A stretch of DNA of 64,000 bases from a virus, in the IMG/VR virus record IMGVR_UViG_3300027734_000042; one strand, written 5' to 3'. The notes below the pieces were generated by a model that was not told the origin of the DNA, did not search any database, and saw only the letters and a list, made by a program, of their open reading frames with translations. The translations under genes and the position numbers were made by a program. Below are positions 1 through 12,000 of the stretch, in pieces. Numbering within the stretch: the first letter of the stretch is position 1; each line of letters opens with the position of its first letter.

Positions 1-329
1 CTAAAACACCTTTAAGCGATAAAATAACATTACCTACTATAGAGATATCAGCAAATATACTAAGTAAAATACCTTGGCCTTTAACTGTTCTGATCGGAAG
101 AAATTTATTAAATATTATTAATCCTATAGCTATGTCTGATGATCATCCTGTATGGAGAAGAATGAGTGTTAAGAACCCTTATTACGTGGTGTATTTAGAT
201 GAGTTCTTAAGAAGTGCTGCAGATGTTTCTGGATTATATAAATTTTTCCTAGGTGCTGCAGATCCTACTTATCCTATACCTGAATTACAGACAGAGCTAA
301 AAAAGGCATTTAATGTGAAAAAATATTAA
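1..329 (+). CDS. 3' part of a hypothetical protein (5'-truncated by the window edge)
   Basis: The frame of ORF 132..329 stays open back to position 3 (KTPLSDKITLPTIEISANILSKIPWPLTVLIGRNLLNIINPIAM...), so the gene begins before the window. Confidence 0.7.
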   Translation, partial: KTPLSDKITLPTIEISANILSKIPWPLTVLIGRNLLNIINPIAMSDDHPVWRRMSVKNPYYVVYLDEFLRSAADVSGLYKFFLGAADPTYPIPELQTELKKAFNVKKY

Positions 330-336
330 TTTCTTG

Positions 337-365
337 GAAATTTTAATACATACTAATACTACAAT
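337..365 (+). promoter_or_regulatory. putative middle-type promoter GAAAT-N18-TACAAT
   Basis: Same bipartite motif and spacing as sites upstream of gp32, Hc1-like, DNA pol, nrdA and the GT gene. Confidence 0.45.
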
Positions 366-384
366 ACATACAAACCTCAATAGA

Positions 385-1497
385 ATGAAAAATAAAAACT
401 ATAGCTGCTTTGAATACACTGCAGAGGAAAGAGAAGATCTTGAATCGATTTACAATAAATCTTTTCCTGATCAGATTGGAAATTTTTTCGGAAAGGATTT
501 ACAAGAAAACAGTTCGGAAAGAATTATGATTACTGATTTTGATGCGAGTAAAGGAGTTGCTTTAGGAGAAACCCCTTTCGGTCAAACCATTATTATAGAT
601 ATTAGAAAGGAAGAAAAGCATATGAGAAAGCTTGGATATCCTTCTATAGAAATAACACCAGGACAGATTCTGGATGTTGTTATACACAAAGATCTTTCTG
701 GCGCATTTAACGGTTCTGTTTCTGCAGGATACGAGAAAGCACTTAAAGCTGAATTACACAGATCTATTAAAGAAGAAGATTGTGCATTTAAAGTTAAAGT
801 TAAGAATGTTTGTAACGGAGGATTCATGGTGGATCTATCTGGTATCGAATGTTTCTTACCTGGAAGTTTAGCAGCTGCTAATAGAATTATGAATTTTGCA
901 GACTATGTTGGAAAGCAATTGACAGTTATGGTTGAAATATATGATTCTAAAAGAGATATCTTTGTAGTTTCCTTTAAAAAATATTTAAAGAAAATTATAG
1001 ACGGGGAAGTTAAAGCTCTTTCTTTCTCTAGTAAATATCAAGGAAACGTAACAGGAGCTTCAGGAAATGGAGTTTTTGTTGAATGGGACGATATTTTCAC
1101 TGGTATAATTCCTATAGATGATTCCAATAGAGAGAAATTATCAGAACTAAAATCTGGTGATTCTATTGAATTCTATGTAATTGACATTAAAAATCCACAC
1201 AGGGTTGGACTTTCTTTACTTGAACCTAATGAAAAACTTCAAACAATTCAAAAATTAAAAGATACTTCAGCGGAAGCTTTAGGGGAAAATATTGAATTGC
1301 AAATATATAAAGGAGAGGTTACCAAGTTAAAGACATTCGGTGTATTCGTTAAACTTGAAAATGGTTTATCTGGATTGATCGAAAAAGAGAGATTGGTTAA
1401 CCCTATTAAAGATTATGAGGTTGGTCAATTGGTTAATTGCTCAATCTCGAGAGTGGATTTATCCTCCCTCAAAATACAATTAATAGAGCAAAAATAA
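385..1497 (+). CDS. rpsA: ribosomal protein S1-like protein (about 4 S1/OB domains)
   Basis: VKNVCNGGFMVDLSGIECFLPGSL...VGKQLTVMVEIYDSKRDIFVVSFKKYL matches RpsA domain 2; GEVTKLKTFGVFVKLENGLSGLI is a canonical S1 repeat. ATG 385 preferred over TTG 334 because the candidate promoter lies at 337-365. Confidence 0.85.
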   Translation: MKNKNYSCFEYTAEEREDLESIYNKSFPDQIGNFFGKDLQENSSERIMITDFDASKGVALGETPFGQTIIIDIRKEEKHMRKLGYPSIEITPGQILDVVIHKDLSGAFNGSVSAGYEKALKAELHRSIKEEDCAFKVKVKNVCNGGFMVDLSGIECFLPGSLAAANRIMNFADYVGKQLTVMVEIYDSKRDIFVVSFKKYLKKIIDGEVKALSFSSKYQGNVTGASGNGVFVEWDDIFTGIIPIDDSNREKLSELKSGDSIEFYVIDIKNPHRVGLSLLEPNEKLQTIQKLKDTSAEALGENIELQIYKGEVTKLKTFGVFVKLENGLSGLIEKERLVNPIKDYEVGQLVNCSISRVDLSSLKIQLIEQK

Positions 1498-1498
1498 A

Positions 1499-2941
1499 TT
1501 GGCTAATTTACTTTCTAATGATTTTTTCTACTCTGCAAAATTAGGATTTGAATTTGAGTTCTTCAGTAACTTAAATAGAACAGAGATAGCGGATGAATTA
1601 GGGAAGGAGCTAGGAAAGAAAATACTTCTTTTTAACAAATACCATTCTAATTTTAAGCCTACCAAGGACATCTTTAAATTAGAACCAGATTACTCAGGAG
1701 GATCCAAGATGGTCGAAATGATCACGGGTCCTCTTCCTTATTTTGAGGCAATTACTATTTTAATTAAAACATTAAGATGGATAGATCTAAATGGATATAC
1801 AGATAAAAAGTGTGCTTTCCAGTTCGGTGTTAGTATAGACACGTCTATTTTTCCCGATGTGCCTCCTGTTTCACAGCTTAATATACTTAAGTTCATTCTA
1901 GGGTTTGATGAGAATGTTGTATATAAAAGATTTCCAGATAGAGCTAGCTCTCTTTATGCTAAATCTATAAAAAGAATACTTCCTTCTAATAAGTTTGTAG
2001 ATCCCTCAAATATTTCTTTTATAGATAAGAATCTATTTGAAGTACCGTTAGAAAAAAATATGGGAATAAACTTCTTAAAATTGCCTGAAGGTTATTTTGA
2101 AGTTAGATATTTAGGAGGATCAGATTATCAGAAAAGATATAGCTCAATCAAAGAAGTTATTGATTATATAATAACTTATACAGTACAGTCGTTAAAAACA
2201 AATGACGGATTCTCTGATAATGATCTAAAGATCCTAAAGATGTTTTTAGGAGAGATCTATAAAAACTCCTCAACCTTTGTTACTCCTGAAGCTTTTCAGA
2301 AAAACTATCCACATATGAATATTATGATTGATATGAGGTCTGACCCACAGATTCTTAGATCTTTCTTTTTAAACATTAGAGAAGTTCTTTACGATTTGAT
2401 AGTTGAGAATAACATCAAGGAGGGATTAGTTAATTATGATAGCAATCTAGGTAAATTTCAGTTAAAAGAGATTAAAACTTCTAAAGCATATCTTTTAAAA
2501 GATTACGATATTCTAGAAAGTGAAATTGCAGGTAACTTGTTTAATTGTAGATTGTTTAACTGTAAGATCAATGATAGCACTTTAGAAGAATGTGATTTAC
2601 TTACTAATAACGAGATTTACCGATCTAAAATAATGTACTCTGATGTAATGTTCAGTAACTTTGTACATGATAGCTATATAGACAATAAGGACAAAGAAAT
2701 AAACTGCGAAGTTTATGGAGGTATTATTAGATCAGGATTTATTGGTAAGTTAGCTACTCTATCACCAGAAACAGAAGTAGTAAAAGACCCTGAGGATGAT
2801 AAAAAAATGAAAGGAAGTTCTAAGAAATTAAAATTCCCTAATAGAAATGAATCAGATGCTTTAACCAGTCCTATTAAGTTCAGTAACAATAATAGTAAGC
2901 CATCAGGAATCCCTGGTGTAAACTTCAAACCAAATAATTAA
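1499..2941 (+). CDS. putative amidoligase (COOH-NH2 ligase type 2)-like protein with C-terminal beta-helix-like repeats
   Basis: Ordered motifs LGFEFEF, EPDYSG, VEMITGP, TDKKC and FEVRYLGG resemble the Amidoligase_2 family; short I/L-x-x-S/C repeats near the C-terminus; TTG start 1 nt after the S1 stop. Confidence 0.55.
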   Translation: MANLLSNDFFYSAKLGFEFEFFSNLNRTEIADELGKELGKKILLFNKYHSNFKPTKDIFKLEPDYSGGSKMVEMITGPLPYFEAITILIKTLRWIDLNGYTDKKCAFQFGVSIDTSIFPDVPPVSQLNILKFILGFDENVVYKRFPDRASSLYAKSIKRILPSNKFVDPSNISFIDKNLFEVPLEKNMGINFLKLPEGYFEVRYLGGSDYQKRYSSIKEVIDYIITYTVQSLKTNDGFSDNDLKILKMFLGEIYKNSSTFVTPEAFQKNYPHMNIMIDMRSDPQILRSFFLNIREVLYDLIVENNIKEGLVNYDSNLGKFQLKEIKTSKAYLLKDYDILESEIAGNLFNCRLFNCKINDSTLEECDLLTNNEIYRSKIMYSDVMFSNFVHDSYIDNKDKEINCEVYGGIIRSGFIGKLATLSPETEVVKDPEDDKKMKGSSKKLKFPNRNESDALTSPIKFSNNNSKPSGIPGVNFKPNN

Positions 2942-2946
2942 CGGTA

Positions 2947-3726
2947 ATGACAGAAGCAGATCTAATTCAAGAGGTAAAAGACGAAATCTCTCACTCTTGT
3001 TCGCTACCTTACAATCTTAACGACCAGGAGATAAAAAGGATCATCAAAAGGGCTAGGGCTTATTTTTATGATAACTATCAATATGCTGTGGAGGATAGAA
3101 TATTTGTTTTAGGTAGGGAGCTATTTTCTGCACCCGCTTTCAGAGCAACAAGACAAATACAGCTTCCCCCTTGTGTGGTATCTGTTTATGATGTTAGAGA
3201 GGTAAACGGGTCAGGTCTTACAGGTACACCAGACAAGGACTTTGGTGAATCTAAATTATTAGGATCGGAGCTTATGCTTTCCCCTTTTGCTGGAGATAAC
3301 CTTGTTTATAGAACGGTTCTCTATTCATTCTTTGATTTAGCTAAAGCTTATTTGTTAGAAAGTTTTGCCTTTAATTATAATAAGAATACTAAAAAATTAA
3401 CTATTCTTGGTAGAGACCCAGCAAGAACTAATAGAACTGATGGCGGAACTTCCCAGACACTTTACACAGGTATAGATGTTGGTGTTAGAGGTTGTATTGC
3501 TATCCCTGAAGAAAATCTATACGATGATGAACTATTCGTAAGATATTGTCTTGCAGAAGCTAAGATTAATATTGGACGTTTACTTGGTACATTTGAATAT
3601 AATCTCCCTGGTGGTGTTCGTGTAAACTATAACAATATACAAACTATGGGAACTACAGAGAAGGGAGAGATCATACAAATGATAAAAGACGAAAACACTC
3701 CCAGCTATTTCTTACAGTGGAACTAA
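2947..3726 (+). CDS. gp13: neck/head-completion protein, T4 gp13-like
   Basis: C-terminal YCLAEAKINIGRLLGTFEYNLPGGVRVNYNNI...GEII resembles the gp13 LPGGV motif; size and position next to baseplate genes fit. Confidence 0.75.
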   Translation: MTEADLIQEVKDEISHSCSLPYNLNDQEIKRIIKRARAYFYDNYQYAVEDRIFVLGRELFSAPAFRATRQIQLPPCVVSVYDVREVNGSGLTGTPDKDFGESKLLGSELMLSPFAGDNLVYRTVLYSFFDLAKAYLLESFAFNYNKNTKKLTILGRDPARTNRTDGGTSQTLYTGIDVGVRGCIAIPEENLYDDELFVRYCLAEAKINIGRLLGTFEYNLPGGVRVNYNNIQTMGTTEKGEIIQMIKDENTPSYFLQWN

Positions 3727-3758
3727 TTTCTTGCTTTATTCTCTTTATTCTAACAAGG

Positions 3759-3766
3759 AATATATA
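3759..3766 (+). promoter_or_regulatory. putative late promoter (AATATATA)
   Basis: RATATATA motif in the intergenic gap 8 nt before the gp25-like ATG. Confidence 0.5.
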
Positions 3767-3774
3767 GATCTAAG

Positions 3775-4146
3775 ATGGCAAGATTTTCAGAAATTTATCC
3801 AAGAAATCCAGACGACCCAAATTACAAAGTGGGTTTACTTCACACCGATGATGATGTTGAAATTCTAATTGGTATGATTAAACAGTGTATGATGACTAGA
3901 CCAGGTGAGATTTTAGGAGATCCATATTTTGGTATAGATCTGGAAGGATTACTTTTTGATTTTAATGTTGATCAGAGCACATTAGAAAGAGCTATAAGAT
4001 TACACTTACTTACATATGTTCCTCTTTCTTCTGGAAAATTTGATGTTGATTTTAAAATCGGATTTTTTAAAGGAGAAACAAGAGATGCTTGTGTAATTGA
4101 TTTTGCAATTAGAGGTAATCCTATACTTGGTATTAAAATAATTTAA
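3775..4146 (+). CDS. gp25: baseplate wedge/sheath initiator, gp25-like
   Basis: IKQCMMTRPGEILGDPYFGIDLEGLLFD matches the GPW/gp25 signature (L.T..GER...P.FG..L...LF). Confidence 0.8.
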   Translation: MARFSEIYPRNPDDPNYKVGLLHTDDDVEILIGMIKQCMMTRPGEILGDPYFGIDLEGLLFDFNVDQSTLERAIRLHLLTYVPLSSGKFDVDFKIGFFKGETRDACVIDFAIRGNPILGIKII

Positions 4147-4147
4147 G

Positions 4148-5845
4148 ATGGATTTATTAAAAAAAAACAAAGCCAAAATATCTGATCTTTTAAGTCAAAC
4201 TTTTGACCTTATACAGGCAAGATATGGAATGTCGGATCAGCTTTTTACTGTAGCTTCCGTTTGGGGACAGATTATATTTGTTCTTGATAACTTATCACAG
4301 TTTATTCTTTTCTTTATAGAGGATTCGATTACTGAGTTAAATATTAACACTGCATCTAGAGAATCATCTATATACGGATTAGCAGCTTTAGCTGGTCATA
4401 ATCCAACTAGAGCGATAGCTTCAAAGGGAGAAGTAGTTATCATGTGGAACGGAAAAGGGTTCGAAAACGTAGGAGGAAGCGCAGTTTTAGTACCAAATAA
4501 TTCACAGTTAAAATGTATAAACAATGGTAAGACTTACTTATTAAAGTTAGCACAGGAATACACAAGATTAAACTTAGATCCAACATCTAAACTTATAGCT
4601 TCTATCGTAGAAGGAACAATAAATACCAATCAATATACAGGGACTGGACTAAAATTACAAAGTTATAATGTATCTGCCAGGGGTACTTCAAGTATAGAAA
4701 ACTTTGAAGTTAATGTTAAAGTGAACGGTGAATCGTGGAATAAATACGAATCATTATACGATATACCTAGGAATGCAAAAGGATTTATTGTTAAATCTTC
4801 TTTATCTTCGGGTATAGATATTTTCTTTGGAACTATAGATTTTGGTAGACCCCCTTCAGCTGGATCAGTTATCGAAGTTAATTATTTAGAATGCACAGGA
4901 TCATCTGGAAACGTATTAGTTGAAGATGCAAGTCAGGCTATTTTTAGATTTGACGCAGACGGAACTGATCTATTTGGATCTAGTGTTACTTTACAGGACG
5001 TACTAAAAGTTTCTTGCTCTATTGCTCCTCAATTAGGTGCAAACCAAGAATCTGTAGATTTAACTAGACTTATAGCTCCTAAAACTTCAAGAAGTTTTGT
5101 TCTTGCTAATCCAACTAACTATATTACATTCTTTGAAAAGTTTGGACAATTCTCTATAATAGAGGCATTCACAACATTCGATGATCAATATCTTGACGAT
5201 GACAATATCATTTATTTAATCCTTGTACCAGATATTCAATTAACACTAAAAAGTAACGAAACATATTTTGATGTTCCTCTTTCTAGATTTAAACTAACTC
5301 AATCACAAAGGGCTAGAATCTATCAATTGTTAGACGAGAGTGGGCAGAAGATAGTTACTACTGTTGTTAAAATATTAGACCCAGTACTAACAAGATATGT
5401 AGTTAACATCGCTATTACTATTTTTGAAGGAAACGATCCTGATACAATTAAGAGTCAAATCGTTAGCATTCTTAGTGATTACTTTTTAAATATTAGAAGA
5501 AGAGATAAGATCCCTAGATCAGATTTGATCGCTGCTGTAGAAGGGATAACAGGAATAGATTCGGTTTCTTTGTATTTTGTTGGTGAAGAAAACGAAGCAG
5601 CTAAAGCTCAAAATGTTAATTCTCCAGAAATAGGATTCGATGAATTTGGTGATATAATTATGAAAAATGACGAGATAGTAGTTATATCAGGTGGATGGGA
5701 AGATAGAAACGGTATCTATTATGATTACGGATCTGGTATGAATACACTATCATCTGTTAATATTGATGTTAGAGCTATTGTACCTGTTACTTATAATACT
5801 AAGGTTAATAACATATTAAAAAGTTCGTTAAAAACAGGAAATTAA
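4148..5845 (+). CDS. gp6: baseplate wedge subunit, gp6/baseplate J-like
   Basis: ELNINTASRESSIYGLAALAGHNP, DIFFG...FGRPPSAGSVIEVNYL and GANQES motifs; follows gp25-like. Confidence 0.8.
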   Translation: MDLLKKNKAKISDLLSQTFDLIQARYGMSDQLFTVASVWGQIIFVLDNLSQFILFFIEDSITELNINTASRESSIYGLAALAGHNPTRAIASKGEVVIMWNGKGFENVGGSAVLVPNNSQLKCINNGKTYLLKLAQEYTRLNLDPTSKLIASIVEGTINTNQYTGTGLKLQSYNVSARGTSSIENFEVNVKVNGESWNKYESLYDIPRNAKGFIVKSSLSSGIDIFFGTIDFGRPPSAGSVIEVNYLECTGSSGNVLVEDASQAIFRFDADGTDLFGSSVTLQDVLKVSCSIAPQLGANQESVDLTRLIAPKTSRSFVLANPTNYITFFEKFGQFSIIEAFTTFDDQYLDDDNIIYLILVPDIQLTLKSNETYFDVPLSRFKLTQSQRARIYQLLDESGQKIVTTVVKILDPVLTRYVVNIAITIFEGNDPDTIKSQIVSILSDYFLNIRRRDKIPRSDLIAAVEGITGIDSVSLYFVGEENEAAKAQNVNSPEIGFDEFGDIIMKNDEIVVISGGWEDRNGIYYDYGSGMNTLSSVNIDVRAIVPVTYNTKVNNILKSSLKTGN

Positions 5846-5846
5846 G

Positions 5847-6095
5847 ATGGAAGATAAAAAGAGTTGGTACGAATTTATACAATCCCAGAATGATATAAGA
5901 TCTAACAAGGGATTTGATTATGAGGGTAAGATTTTTGAAAAGACCCTTTCTAATCAAGTTATGCAAGGTGATGCTAACAGGATAGATATCTTAGCTAGTA
6001 TAGAAAGAGTGGTTTATCAATTATTTGAAACCACTAAGTATATTAAGAATTACATTAATTATACAGTACCAAAAAATAATAAGTACGTAAGATAA
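5847..6095 (+). CDS. small hypothetical protein, probably baseplate-associated
   Basis: Tightly coupled (TAAGATG junctions) between the gp6-like and gp7-like genes. Confidence 0.65.
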   Translation: MEDKKSWYEFIQSQNDIRSNKGFDYEGKIFEKTLSNQVMQGDANRIDILASIERVVYQLFETTKYIKNYINYTVPKNNKYVR

Positions 6096-6096
6096 G

Positions 6097-9000
6097 ATGA
6101 CTACTCAAAACCTTTTATTTTTCGATAAAAAAGGAGACCAATACAATTTTGAATGGAATGGTGATTATTGGGAAGGATCAGTTCTTTTTCCTATAGTTTC
6201 AGAGAAGCTTTTTGAAGTTGAAAACATATTTGTGATAGAGAAATTTTTAAATAATCTATCTGAATTAAAATACGGATTTCCACATGCAGATGGAATTAGT
6301 CCAGGATCTCCTGTTTGGAGAACTAGATGGGAGTCTAGCTTTGATGGTAAAACTGATGTATCATCCATTATTTATACCTATGAATTGGGTATAGATTCAA
6401 ATTTAGATGCTCCAGTTTTAGTTAAAGCAACTAATGTTGAATTTTATCCAGAGGTTGTTCCTGGTGATGCTATAGCTTCCCCTTCTGGATTAGTAGTAAC
6501 ATCAGATATCAATTCATCTTCGATGCAAATAAACATTGCTTTAAATTCGGAGAGCGAAGGAATATACGACAGGACTTTAATATTCGAGGATTACAGTGAT
6601 TCTAATAATCCTGTAACTATATTGAAAGTTAATTTTCATGGTGAGGTTGAAGGTGAGGACAGTAGACTATCTGTGCTATTAGACAACTTCGGAAGATCTT
6701 TCAATGTTTCTGATTCTTTTATAGTTAGAGAAACTGACATCAAAGAGGAATTACCGAATTACGAAATAATAAACAATAAGAGGAAAGAACTATTATTAAC
6801 AGGAGAAAGTATATTCCCTTATTTAGGATCGTATAAATCTTTGTTTAATGCAATTAAGTTCTTTGGGTATTATGATCTTAGAATTAAAGAGTATTGGCTG
6901 AATGTTCACGTTGACAGTGCGGATGTATTAACCCCACTACAACAGAATAGTAAAATATTAAATCAGTTAGGTAAAACTAATTTAGAGGGGCAGAATTCTT
7001 TACAATTAATAAGTAGTTTATTAAAGGATGAGAATGAAGGTAAATTTAAACAAGTTGAGGTATACGGTAAAAAGAGTGATGGTACTTTTGGATTAAAGAA
7101 ACAATTTGAGGAAATATTTCCTTCTAAATCGTACAAGAAAACTGCTCTATTTGGTTTATTCTATGATATAAATAGAGAAGTCGAAGGACAGGATGAGGAT
7201 AAATACGGATATCCTATAGTAGAAGATGCTTTTGCATTTAGTCCAGAGGAAGTACTTATAAAACTATTTGGATTAAAAGAAAGACTTAAGAGAGATTATT
7301 TACCTTTAAATGCAAGAATAGTAGATATAACAGGTGAAGGAATTTACTTTAATATTTACAAAACTAGGGGATGGGTTGATCAGCTAGGTATAGATGAAAT
7401 TAAATCTGGAATAGAGGTAGACTTTACAGTTTCTCCTGAAAATGGATACATTGAGGATTTAAGACCTTTTTATACTAAACCAAACCAGAGCGGACTTTTA
7501 TATCCTAATATTAATGGAACAGAACTAGGTATAAGTTTTCTGGGTAATACAGTAGATCCATATTCATATTTTCAGGAATATCCTATTTCTTCTATACCAG
7601 ATTTAGAGAAAGGTATTAATAATTTTTATAGCGAGGTTAAAAACGGGGTTCTTCCTAAATTCTTAGGCGACGGTGATTATGATTATCCTGGTTATAAACT
7701 TTTCTCTGACGGAAGTGATTATGTATTCCCTGCGGGATTTCCAGTAATAATTAAGGATAACACTTTTGATTTAGCGTGGGATGAAGTTTCTGGAGGCTGG
7801 AATTCTTTAGATACCACTATAACTACTACAAGTTTAGATATAGCAAGTTACACTAGTACCACACAGAACAACCCAGGAGCTACGCTTCAAACTGTTAATA
7901 GTACCAATACAATAACTTTGAGTAATTCATTCCCTCAGGGTATAACTATTAACATAGGATCTGGTAATAATTGGTTCGATACAGCTACTCCTCAAGTTCT
8001 ATTCATTAGGGCTGAATCTGTAAATTCACCTGGAAATTTATTACTAGGATATTCTAGTGATGGTGATTACAATACTTCTACTGGTGATTTATTTATACAA
8101 GTAATAAACACTAGAGGGTCTGGATCTTATTCTAATTGGAATGTAACTCCAACTAATATAACCTTCAATCCTTATACTTTTGAGTATTTTGAAAACTATA
8201 TACATTCTGGAGGATTCTATTCTTGGGACAGATTACCTTATTTAGACTTCTATGAAATAGAATGGACTATTTCTAAAGATGATGATAGACCTTATTATTT
8301 CCAAATTAGAGGACAGCTACCGGAGTTAGATACGTTACCCCACTTCTTACCATATAGCGGTATTTATAATGTTCAGTGTAGAGTTTGGGACACGTTAAAT
8401 TCAATATCGCTTGGTATAAAGAAAAGCGTAATTAATGTATCTAAAAGAGAGATAGAATTAAATACCATTACAAGATTTAGAGAATCTGAAACATACGATT
8501 GGGATAACACAATATTAAAATGGGACAGCTACCCATCCCAGTGGCTATTCCCTGTTGAGAACACTGATACTGTAAAAAATATATCAGATTACATTCAGAA
8601 TTTCCCAGAGTATTCTAATAACTACGAGGAGGGACAAACATGTGAGGTTCTTACACATCTACCAGAGGTAAGATCAACGGTAACTTTTGATATGGGGGTA
8701 ACAAGTACTTCAATATCTACTATAGCTAGCGTAGCTGTTGGTGGTGGATATTCTCTTGCTGTGGTAACAACCACGTCGAATCACGGATTAACGTCAGGTG
8801 AAACTGTTTGGATTTACAATTCGGTTGGCGCGTCTTATGGTATTTTTCCAATAACAGTTTTAACTAATAATACTTTTGAAATACCTCAGGTAGTTATAAC
8901 ACCTATAACGGGAGGTAATGTTTATGGAAGTGGTACAGTTAAGCTTATTGCTGATGGTTTGGAAATAGCCAGCTGTTCATTCCAGGGAGATATAAATTCT

Positions 9001-12000
9001 ACTACTAGCTTAGTTTATAGTACTGTAAATTCATCTCCTTTTAATCCTAAATACAAAGTTACAAGTTTAATTGATTCAGTAACAAATACTGGACAAAAAA
9101 CATTCACTTTACAGGCACCAAATAATTCAGGAAGTATATGGAATAGTAAAGCATTAGTTTTACAAACAACCGGATCTATAACTACGAGTGCATCTAATAT
9201 TTTATTCAGCGGAGGACTAAACGAAAGAGACGAATACTTATCTTATAATTTTGGTTCTTTACCTAAGCCCGAAATGAAATATTGGGGGACTAAGAAATTA
9301 GCATGGGACACTTTCGAAGATTTCGAATTTGCTAAAGCTTATGCTCATACTTGGGACATGCTAGACTACCATAATGATTGGTTAGGCGGATTTAATTTAT
9401 ACTCTTTACAATACGGCGATAGAATAAAAATCACAGAAGATTCTAATGGCATTGTTCTAGGAGAAGCTGATTCTCCATCTAATAATTATTTAGATCTTTC
9501 AGAAGCAGCAAGTCAGCTTAATGATTCAATTGACGATAATATAAAAAGATTTGATTATGTAGTTAGGGGATTCTCTGAACTACCTAATAATTTTTATCCA
9601 AATCAGAATCCAATATCACCGGATCTTAGTACAAATCCGGGTCCTAAGAATATAAAATCTGATTTTTATAGTATCCCTACTTATTCACCTATTACTTTAT
9701 ATCCTACTTCGATCGGATGGGATGGTGATGGGGATATTTGGGTAACTGGTGAGGATGTGGTTAAATTCGACGGATTAAACTTTACCAGCTATGACTCTTC
9801 AAATAGTGTTATGCCTGGATTAGGATTAAAGACTAATACTATTAAAATAGATCGGAATGATATTAAATGGATAGGTATAGATAATACTATGACTCCTTTA
9901 GTACAACTAAACGACATTCAACCTACTCTTAGTAAAGCTTATTCCGTAACAGATTTTGTAGACAATGGGGGAAACCCCGTTTGTCCCCCTATAAATTCTA
10001 GTATTAAGGTAATAGAAATAAATCCACAGACTGGAGATATTTTTGCAGCATTTGTTTCTGTTTCTTCACCTTCTTATGATGGACTTTTATTTTATGATTC
10101 ACATGCTAAATCTTGGAATCTTTACACAACAGCAAATTCGGATATTCCTTCTGGTGATATAAGAGACCTTAGATTAGAATACTACGGAATAAATAAATGG
10201 TATCTTTGGATTGCAACAGATAATGGACTTTCTAGATTTAATGGTGTTGGATTTAAAAATTATGACACAACAAATTCTGGTATTTATTCTGATTCAATTT
10301 ATTCAATAGAGCTTGATTCATTAAATCATAAATGGATAGGAACAACAGACGGATTAGTTTATTGGGATAATATTAGATGGGCAGTGTGGAATAATACTAC
10401 TAACCCTGAAATATCTATCGGTAAATTTGGTAATATAGTGGAAACCGGAAATTCTAATATATGGTTTACTATAGATCCTTCGACTTCCCCAGGAAACACT
10501 GAATTATATTTCTTTGACGGATATTTTTTCACTAAAGTGCTATACAGAAACGATGGAACAACACTAATAAGCCCTTGCAATGTGCTACAAGGAAAAACAC
10601 TTCTTTCTGCTCCTTGGAAGACCATTAAAAATGGAGAGACAACTTATCCTAAGAATATATTACTTGTTACTGATCTTGGAGAGATTGCTAAGATTGATTA
10701 TGTGATTCCACATATACATGCAACTTCAAAATCACCAGGTACACAAGGATGGGATTTTGTTTATTATGATTCATCAATGCCGCTTCCTTCGATTAAATAT
10801 ATTCACGACGGGGGTATTGGATATTCTCAATTAGGATTTAACTTTATAGTAGGTCCTTTAGTTGATAATATAACACTCAATTCTGATTACACTAGACCAA
10901 TCATGCCTTCAGTTGACAGATACTCTTGGTCTAAGCCAAATGGGCAGCGCTACAACATTAATTACATCAAAGACCAGTTTCCATCTTTGAACCTGGACAA
11001 TGTCTTCTTATACGCTCCGCTACGCGATATTATAAGTGGTAAAGCGACATACGAGAACTACTGGAGGAACTCTCAGATAGAAAGAATAGCTCAGAAAAAA
11101 TCTAGGGATTTATTTCAGAATTTTGAATGGGTTATCACATTAGGAAATAGCAGTCCAGATCAAGGAATTAAAGTCACAGTGGATCTTGAAGGTGATATTA
11201 TTACAATAGGTGATTTTAACGGAACCATATTTATGGGAGAAGTTAATAACGTTGGAACTCAGGACATATATTTAACAACAGCAGAACAAGGAGTTTATAT
11301 AGCTAAATATAACAAGGGCGGGGTTTTACAATGGGCAAGAGCTATAACTTCAACAGTTTTACAAGGTCCTATTTATGCTAGATCTGTTATAACCGACACA
11401 TATTCAAATATTTATGTAGTAAGTGATAATTCAGTAACCGGATTTATAGAAATTAATAAATACAATAGTGATGGTGTATTGCTAAACGCTATAAATCTAC
11501 CGGTTACACCTGATCAATTTATAGGAGACATTAAAGTAGATCAATATGAGAATTTATTTATATGTGGATCATTTGAAGGAACACTCACATTAGGAGATAT
11601 AGTATTAGATTCACCTACTCAAGGTGTGGGATATCTTGCAAAATTGGATTCGACCCTTACATTTATCTGGGCTAAAAAACTAAGTTCAATAGATGCTTCA
11701 CAAGCTAATGAATTAGCAGTACTAAAAGATGGATATTTATATTTAACTGGTATATTTGACGGACAACTGGATCTTGGACCTATAATATTAAATGCAGCTA
11801 GTACAGGAGATATGTTTATTGGTAAATTTAACACTGGAGATGGAACGTGTATTTGGAGTGAATCTTTTGCAGGTACTCCATCAACTTCGTTTAATTCCCC
11901 TTCAATATGTGTAGATCCGAAAGGACATATATTAGTTACCGGATCTTTTGACGGAACAATGGAGATAGAAAATACATCTATAACTTCTTTCGGTGGTATA

